This document shows, piece after piece, positions 56,495-64,000 of a DNA stretch of 64,000 bases. Numbering within the stretch: position 1 is the first letter of the stretch; every line of letters starts with the position of its first letter. The DNA is from the human T2T-CHM13v2.0 reference genome, Homo sapiens. The position numbers were made by a program, and so were the translations under genes. The stretch lies in NCBI RefSeq assembly GCF_009914755.1, contig NC_060933.1; one strand, 5' to 3'. Under the pieces are notes generated by a model. The model was not told the DNA's origin and searched no databases. It was given only the letters and a program-made list of their open reading frames with translations.

Positions 56495-56840
56495 TTTTTA
56501 AAAAATTTATATTCAGTGGGTACATATACTTGTTTGTTACACTGGTATTACATGTGTAATGGTGGGGTTGGGTTTCTGGTTTACTATCACCCAAATATTG
56601 GACATTTTATTCATTGACAATTTTTCAACCCTCACCCCTCACTTTCCCTTCTTTTGGAGTCCCCATAGACTATTCTCTCCATCTTTATGTCCATGTGTAC
56701 CCTTTGTTTAACTCCCACTTATAAGTGAAAACATGCAATATTTGATTTTCTGCTTGTGAGTTAGCTCACTTAGAATAATGGCCTCCAACTTCATCCCTGT
56801 TGTTGCAAAGGACATGATTTCATTCTTTTTTATGGCTGCA
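56495..56840 (-). mobile_element. L1PB/L1MA 3' end inserted in a MIR (56335-56940)
   Basis: ttttggagtcccca...cccacttataagtgagaacatgc...ttttttatggctgca. Confidence 0.85.
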
Positions 56841-57039
56841 TCCTCATGTTTGAAAAGGGGATAACCATGCCTGAGACAATGCATGAAAAATGCTTAGCAT
56901 AGTTTCCAATATGTCAGTATTATAGAAACTTAATGAATAGTAATAGTAGTAATAATAATGCATTCATTGAGTTCTATTTTGATCATGCTGAAGAAATGAC
57001 GATAAATTATACCCTAACTTTGTCTTCATAGAACTCCTG

Positions 57040-57405
57040 AGTATTAGTCTGTTCTCATGCTGCTAATAAAGACATACCCGAGACTGGGTAATTTATAAAG
57101 GAAAGAGGTTTATTGACTCACAGTTCCACATAGGTGGAGAGGCTTCACAATCATGGTTGAAGGCAAATGAGGAGCAAAGTCATGTCTTACATGGTGGCAG
57201 GCAAGCAAGCTTATGCAGTGGAACTCCCACTTATCAGATCTCTTGAGACTTATTCACTACCATTAGAAAAATATGGGGGAAACCACCCCATGAAAAACAT
57301 GGGGGAAACCACCCCAATTATCTTCACCTGCAGCCCCCCCACTTGACACATGGGGATTATTACAATTCAAGGTGAAATTTGAGTGGGGACACAACCAATC
57401 AATCA
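57040..57405 (-). mobile_element. THE1C-type solo LTR
   Basis: gtattagtctgttctcatgctgctaataaagacatacccgagactggg...gagtggggacaca. Confidence 0.9.
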
Positions 57406-58844
57406 CCTGCATCACTGGAGATATAAAGCATGTGATATCTGCCTTCTAAAGCAGTTATGGATTAAATGAGATAATGCATGTGAAATCTCAACACAATGCC
57501 TGATTGCTGTTTCTATGGTACACAACTATGACACATTTTGAAAAAATGCTAATTTAAAGAAGCTATTCAAGTATTGTATCTTGGGAAATCAGGGCACGAA
57601 AAACTTCCCACTTAAAGGAGTAAGTGGGTGAGTGGAATACAGTAGGCCCCAGTGGAGAAAGAAATGGGGAGACTTTATGTTTAACAATGCAGATTGTATG
57701 GAGTTTGTGTCACAGTGATGAGCATCAGGAGTGTGCAGGAGGAGTTTTCATGGCAAAGATTAGTGGCTTAAAGGACGGAGGCCCCTAGGCTTAATAACAT
57801 TATTTTATATATGCAGGCATTTAAATGCCCACATAGATATTTCACACATATTTTGCTATTAAATAAATACTCCCAAGCTGGACAAGTTTATTTATTATTC
57901 TTATTTTCAAATGAAGAAACTAAGGACTGTGACTTTGAGGGTTTTGTCCAAGTGCACCAAACTCAAGCATGACTAAGCCATGATTTTGCCTTCAAGTGCA
58001 CCCTGCTGCCTCCCTCAAGCATGATGACTAGAAATGACAGCCAGCAATGATATTCATCTTGCAGCAGTGGCAGGGTACCAGCACATGATGGTACCTCTGA
58101 AATGAAATAATAACTGAGCCACAGGCTTTGTGTTTCAGGGCTGCTGGAACCACAGGCAATACAAAGAATGAAAATAGCAACTCGAAAACAAATTCCACAG
58201 TTCTTTCCGTGAGTTTGCAAAAGTCTACACATGGAGAGTGAGTAATGAGTTTTCTACTATCTGTTAGCAATGGTGAGCCTGGGTACTGAGTGACAGACAG
58301 TCTATCTCACTTTGAAATCAACTTTATGCGTTTAAAGTTTCATGTTTAGAGTTAATCTGTGGACAAACATCTATGAGAACTTTTTGTAGTGTATCTTTAT
58401 GGGGACCTCAGTTTTCTCTTTTATTATTAGATTGGATTATATGTTCTTCAAAGGACCTTCCTCCATACTGGTTGCCTAAGTTTTTATCCTTGGAATCTAA
58501 TTACGTTCCTAACCTGGGATACCATTTTTTAAGTGTGAGAAAATCATTTATGTTTATTTATGTTGCAGATTTTGGTCAGGGTTTTAACTGGGAAGAGAAA
58601 AATCATCCACCTCTTTATCTTATGTATAACCACATAAAAAGTGCATTTCCTAGTCTCTTTACTCCAAATCTTTCTTAAAATGACCCTGGATAGCAAATAC
58701 TTGAATGTCATCATTCTTCCATAACCACTCTGTATGACATAAACCAATAGTCACCGAGTACCTTCCAACACCAAACACTGAGCACCTTGTAAATTTCTAA
58801 ATCAGGTCTTTCGCAAACCTTTAATATCTGGGGCTGTATCTTTG

Positions 58845-59340
58845 ATTTTTTTTAACTTTTATGTTAAGTTCAGGTGTACAAGTGCAGGTTTGTTACTTAG
58901 TTAAATTTATGTAATGGGGGTTTGTTGTACAGATTATCACTCAGGTATTAAGCCTAGTACCCATTACTTGTTTTTTCTGATCCTCTCCCTCCTCCCACCC
59001 TTCACCCTCCAAAAAAATGATTCTATCCAGCAATCCCATTACTAGGTACTGTAAACAAAAACAAATCATTCTATTATAGAAACAGATGCACGTTTATGTT
59101 CATTGCAGCACTATTCACAATAGCAAAGACATGGGTATAAACCTAAATGTCCATCAATGATAGACTTGGTAAAGAAAATGTGGTACAAATACACCATAGA
59201 ATACTATGCAGCCATAAAAAAAGAATAAGATCATGTCCTTTGCAGGGACATGAAAGGAGCTGGAGGCCATTATCTTTAGCAAACTAACACAGAAACAGAA
59301 CACCAAACACCACATGTTCTCACTTATAAGTGGGAGCTAA
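58845..59340 (-). mobile_element. Short L1PA13-16 with 5' inversion
   Basis: Antisense 3' UTR at 58845-59011, then sense ccagcaatcccattact...ataagtgggagctaa at 59026-59340. Confidence 0.85.
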
Positions 59341-59889
59341 CTAATGGGTTACCATTTTTAATGACTGCATTGAGAAATTTGAAATATTAGTTGAGAACGA
59401 CACACCATATACAGAAGTTAAAAGCCCTTTCTGGTTTTTGAAAATTCCTAAAGCGGTTAGATTATGAAATGGGAGAGAACGATTTTCTCACGGCCATTAT
59501 AATTCAGTTTCTGACTTGCCTTGTCATTCTGCCTGTGTGGACTCTAGTCCATTCTGCATTGCTGCAGACCAAAAATAACACAGCCACCTGTTCAAACTCC
59601 ACAGCAAGGGACAATGGCCCACATTATTTGTCTTTCCCAACATTTCTATTTATTTCTCCAGTAAGGAAGTTTGGTGACCTCTTCGGTTAACCTTGTATCA
59701 TGATGATATATGTCCTTAGGGTCTTGCTTTCACCCCGAGAAATTTGCCAGGCATATTTCATATAAAATGAGAGTCTCCTCCCATTGGGAAATTGAGCAGC
59801 AAGTTTAAAAGATATTAACATTTTCCTTCATTACAAATCCATCTGATATTTAACAAGAAGCATGAACCCTAACAGCTGGTTGTTGAACA

Positions 59890-60170
59890 GATAAAACTTT
59901 CCTAGAACATTTTCCATGTCATTAAGTGTTCCTCCACAGCATCATTTGTAATGGCCATGGAGCATTTAAGCATATGTGTGCCCTATAATGTATTAACTTA
60001 TCCCTATTGTTGGACAATTTGGTTGATTTTTAAAAACTCACAAAGTTTTGAGATCTTACCATTTTTAAAAAGCACTTGTCAATTTGATAGGAGAAAAAAA
60101 CATTTCGGGTTTTTTTTATTTATATGTTTTTTTTTTTTTACCAGTAAATGTAAATACTTTTCTAATTAAT
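59890..60170 (-). mobile_element. L1ME fragment
   Basis: acattttccatgtcattaa...ccctattgttggacaattt. Confidence 0.55.
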
Positions 60171-60199
60171 TGATTATCAAATTTTATCCCTCCATCCCA

Positions 60200-60740
60200 T
60201 CAGATAGAATATGCATAAAATCTTTTCACTTCTCTCCCTAAACATTACTGCTATCACCCTAATCTGAACCACTGTTTCATATGAGCTGCTGTAATCACCT
60301 TCTAATTGGACTCCCTGAATACACACTTATCTTCCTGCAGGTGATTCTCTTCTTAAAAAAAAAATCTGATAATGCCCCACTCCTGCTTAATACAGTTGAA
60401 TGACCTACCATTCCACTTATAGCAAAATTTAAGCTCCTTACTGTGGCCTTCAAGGTTCTATGTGACCCAGCCCTTGCCCAAACGTTTCATCTTTGAAATT
60501 ATCTTGTGCAGTTCTAAGTCTTCATTCACTAACCTGCAGCCACACTAGCTGCCTTGCTGTTAGAAGAAAACTCAAACTCATTTCTTTATACTTGCATTTC
60601 CCACAGCTTAGATTATGCTATCCACTTTCACTTCCAGAACTTCATGTGGCTGACTCTGTCTTATCCTTTGGGCCTCTGCTCAAAGATTACCTTCTTACAG
60701 AGGAATTTATATTACCATCTACCTAGATTATCCTTGTCCA
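60200..60740 (+). mobile_element. L2
   Basis: aaatctgataatgccccactcctgcttaa...ctccttactgtggccttcaagg. Confidence 0.7.
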
Positions 60741-60879
60741 CATCTTAAGAGTTGGAGCAGCACAGGCAAAGACATTAAGACATACAACTGTAGTTTCATT
60801 GTTTGGTAAGTAAAAAAAAGAGTCATGAGAGATTGGATTAGACAACTAGTCAGAGGGCAGAAAACATAGGGCCTTATAA

Positions 60880-61192
<313 letters not shown>

Positions 61193-62304
61193 TGTATTTT
61201 AATTTCTAGGAACCTACATAGAGTTCTCAGACCTCTGAATAGTTTCATTCCACTATCATTTATTCATTTGTCAATCATCAGTAGTATATAGCAGACACAG
61301 ATAAAACTAGAGATGCAAAAATGATTAAGGTTATTTTTGCCTTTAAGTGGCTTACAGTTATTATTTAAAATCCCAAATACTCAGTATCCCAAATTAGGCT
61401 CCCAGAATACATATAAGAATCCTGAGCTATGTGTTTCCCTGACCCTCAGTGGACTGTGATCCATTAAGGAGACATCTCCTAATTGAAACAAGATTCATCA
61501 GGTTCTTGTGCCTGTAAGTCTTTGAATTTAAGGAGTTGCTTTCTTCACTTGATAATAACTCCCCTAGCCATATTCTAGCTGGAGGCTGTAAGTGAACATG
61601 TTTATGTCCTTGACTAAAGACTTAGATAAAAATCCCACCCAAAGATCCCATACACACAAACGTCAAGTCTTTCTCATCCAGAAGTTTCTTCTACCTGTGG
61701 AAAGAGGTGAGGTGAAAAGAAGTAAGGAATTAGTGAGAAGAGGACTGTCAAGTTTCATCTTTCTCCCTCTGATAGGGGAAGAGGACTTGCACATCAATGA
61801 ACATGTCATCTTATTGACTGTATTTCTACTCCGGGTGTCCTGGAGATGAGAGGTGTCAGTTCCCATCTCTTTGATCCATCACTGCAGCATGTCTGAGAGG
61901 GGATAGAGGACCTCTTCACGTTTCTTTTCCATCTCTTTTAATTACATTCAACAGAGAAAGACAAGCCTTATCTCCCCATAAGCAAGATGCTTTCAGCATT
62001 ATGAAACTATTTGCTCATTCTTTCTGGTTTGAGGGCAAAGCTTCATTTTGTCATTTTTGACCTATCAAGGTTAAGTAAACTTTGTTTTTCATTTCTTTCT
62101 TTCTTTTGTCTCTAACAGACATCAGAACAATATGACTTGGAAAATCTATACATCTTGGCTTAGTAGCTGACTACCAGCAACCTTGGACACCCTCTAAAGC
62201 TAATATTAATATTAATTAGGAACACTTTTCCTCTTTTGCTGAATACATTCTTTGCTTAAGCATGTACTCCAGGGCAAATGTCCTTAACATTTGAAATTCT
62301 TTCA

Positions 62305-62510
62305 AGTTTTATATTGTTTGTAATTGATGCATAACAATTGTACATATTTATGAGGTACAGTGTAATATATGTATATGCTATGTAATGATCAAATAAGGGT
62401 AATTAGCATACCCATTCCTGAAACATTTATCATTTCTTTGTGATGGAAACATTCAAAATCCTCTCTTCTAGCTATTTTGAAATATACAATACAGTATTGC
62501 TAACTATGCC
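62305..62510 (-). mobile_element. L1MA 3' end
   Basis: ttgtacatatttatgaggtaca...aacattcaaaatcctctcttctagctattttgaaatatacaa. Confidence 0.85.
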
Positions 62511-62539
62511 ATGAACATCATTGATACTCCAGTGAAGTC

Positions 62540-63097
62540 TGTGGAATTGTTCTGTGACAAATTAGAGGTGGTCACAATTTTTCGACATGTATTTCCACAA
62601 GAGGAGGGAAATATTTTTGCCTTCTGTTGAATTTGGGCTTGTCTTAGTTGTTCATTTGTAACCAAGAGAAAGTAGAGGTGACACTGCATGACATGTGAAG
62701 TAAGGTCAGAGAAGGCGGGTTGCTTCTTCTTTGGTCTCTCAGCACACTCTCTTCCTGAATACTACCTCTTGATGTGCTCCTTCTCAGAACTCAGCCACCA
62801 TGGTGCAAGAATTTCATGTTACAAGGGGAGGTAGATGTTCTGGTGGTCAGCCCCATCTGAACTCCTAATCATCTTGGATGTCCAGCAACCAAAAAGCACC
62901 TGAAAAGGTGCTTGTGGTTTTCATGAGTGAAATCATAGCAATCATTGAACTATAACCATGTGAGAGATCACATATGACAGTTGCTTGGTGGGACCCTTCT
63001 CAGATTCCTGACCCACAAAATCATGAGGAAATAAAGGGTTATTGTAATTTTCTAAATGTTAGGGTAATTTTTTACCTAGCAATAGCTAACAAGAACA
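62540..63097 (+). mobile_element. MLT1G/H-type MaLR LTR
   Basis: aactcagccaccatg...agattcctgacccacaaaatcatgag...gcaatagctaacaagaaca. Confidence 0.7.
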
Positions 63098-63104
63098 CTT
63101 TCTC

Positions 63105-63505
63105 AGAATAATGTTTTTAAATGCATGGAATAAAATGTGTAAAATTACAAAGAAAATGTATATTGAAATAGTTATAAAATATTTTTAAAATAAATTTAAT
63201 TTTACTCATTAAACTCATTTATTGTTAACTCATTAAATAAGAGCTATGATCAGGTCTATGACTACCATAATTTTAAAATATTGATGAGCAAAATATGATA
63301 AGGCTGAATATCACAATATTAATCGAATACAAAACATCTGATTTGTATTGGTGACAAATTTTCAAGTATCGCTAAACTCCACTCTTGGTTGTCAGATTGA
63401 GATTTACTAAATTTCCATTCAATGTTGGTAAAAATGAAATATTTTATAATACATATTTACTGATCCCTTGGAGTATCCTTGGACTACAGATCAAGAAACC
63501 CAACT
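63105..63505. mobile_element. Charlie4a-like hAT fragment
   Basis: gaataatgtttttaaatgca...gactaccataatttt...tattggtgacaaa...aagaaccc. Confidence 0.6.
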
Positions 63506-63912
63506 GTAGATACTCCTTCTTCAGGTATTTTTTATGCTGTTTTTTTCACCTGGAATAAATTTCCTCCTATGAATATTCAAAATCAATCTATTGTTCAAGA
63601 ACCCATCTTAAATCTCCCTCCCTCAACCAAGTCTCTCCTAATGTCATTCCATCTCCAGTTCCAATAATACCTCTGGACTCTTAAGTTTTTTTTATCTTTT
63701 ATGGCTATTTATGCCCAAGATATATATTCCCTAATAGAGTCAAAAGTTCTTAAGTAATGGATGAATGTGTTGTGAATCTGTTTCCCAGAAACTAGTAAAT
63801 TGTGTCTTTCAGAAACTCACAGCAATTAATCTACTTAGTAGGTTCATAATAAATTTATACTGGATTAATCAGTGACTCCTAAAACTAGCTGATTATCAAC
63901 ACCACCTAGGGA

Positions 63913-64000
63913 ATTTTTATTTTATTTTATTTTTTTGAGGCAGAGTCTCGCTCTTTCGCCCAGGCTGTAGTGCAATGGCGGGATCTCGGCTCACTGCAAG
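63913..64000 (-). mobile_element. AluY-lineage Alu, 3' end (runs off the window)
   Basis: gagtctcgctct...ggcgggatctcggctcactgcaag. Confidence 0.9.

Noticed and set aside
56425-56500. Possible L1 3' transduction between the TSD-like tcctcat(t)gttt and the L1 tail
   Set aside because: Short, AT-rich and without a second poly-A; cannot be distinguished from a decayed tail.

Overview
AT-rich primate (human-like) genomic DNA that looks intergenic or deep-intronic. It is made almost entirely of old transposable elements. I found no intact protein-coding gene, RNA gene, CpG island or CRISPR array, and every ORF with recognisable similarity is a decayed L1, ERV or Alu frame. The main structures are: (1) a MER21/ERVL-type provirus on the minus strand (~133-6495) with a tRNA-Leu primer-binding site, gag/RNase H/integrase remnants and several nested insertions; (2) a large decayed hAT (Blackjack-like) transposon (~7.15-9.66 kb); (3) an L1-to-HERV-L pol junction (~17.9-21.6 kb); (4) a ~16 kb L1 cluster (37.6-54.5 kb) containing a full-length L1PA8A/10-type copy and a twin-primed inverted L1; (5) many Alu, MIR, L2, MaLR and ERV1 solo LTRs. 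I see no evidence for a new biological system. The least explained signals are a perfect 21-bp inverted repeat ~800 bp apart in non-repeat DNA, a templated 56-bp ERVL insertion at an L1/ERVL junction, and a double fold-back hairpin scar inside an old L1. Repeat family names come from recalled consensus sequences, not a database search. Subfamily labels and the boundaries of old elements are approximate.
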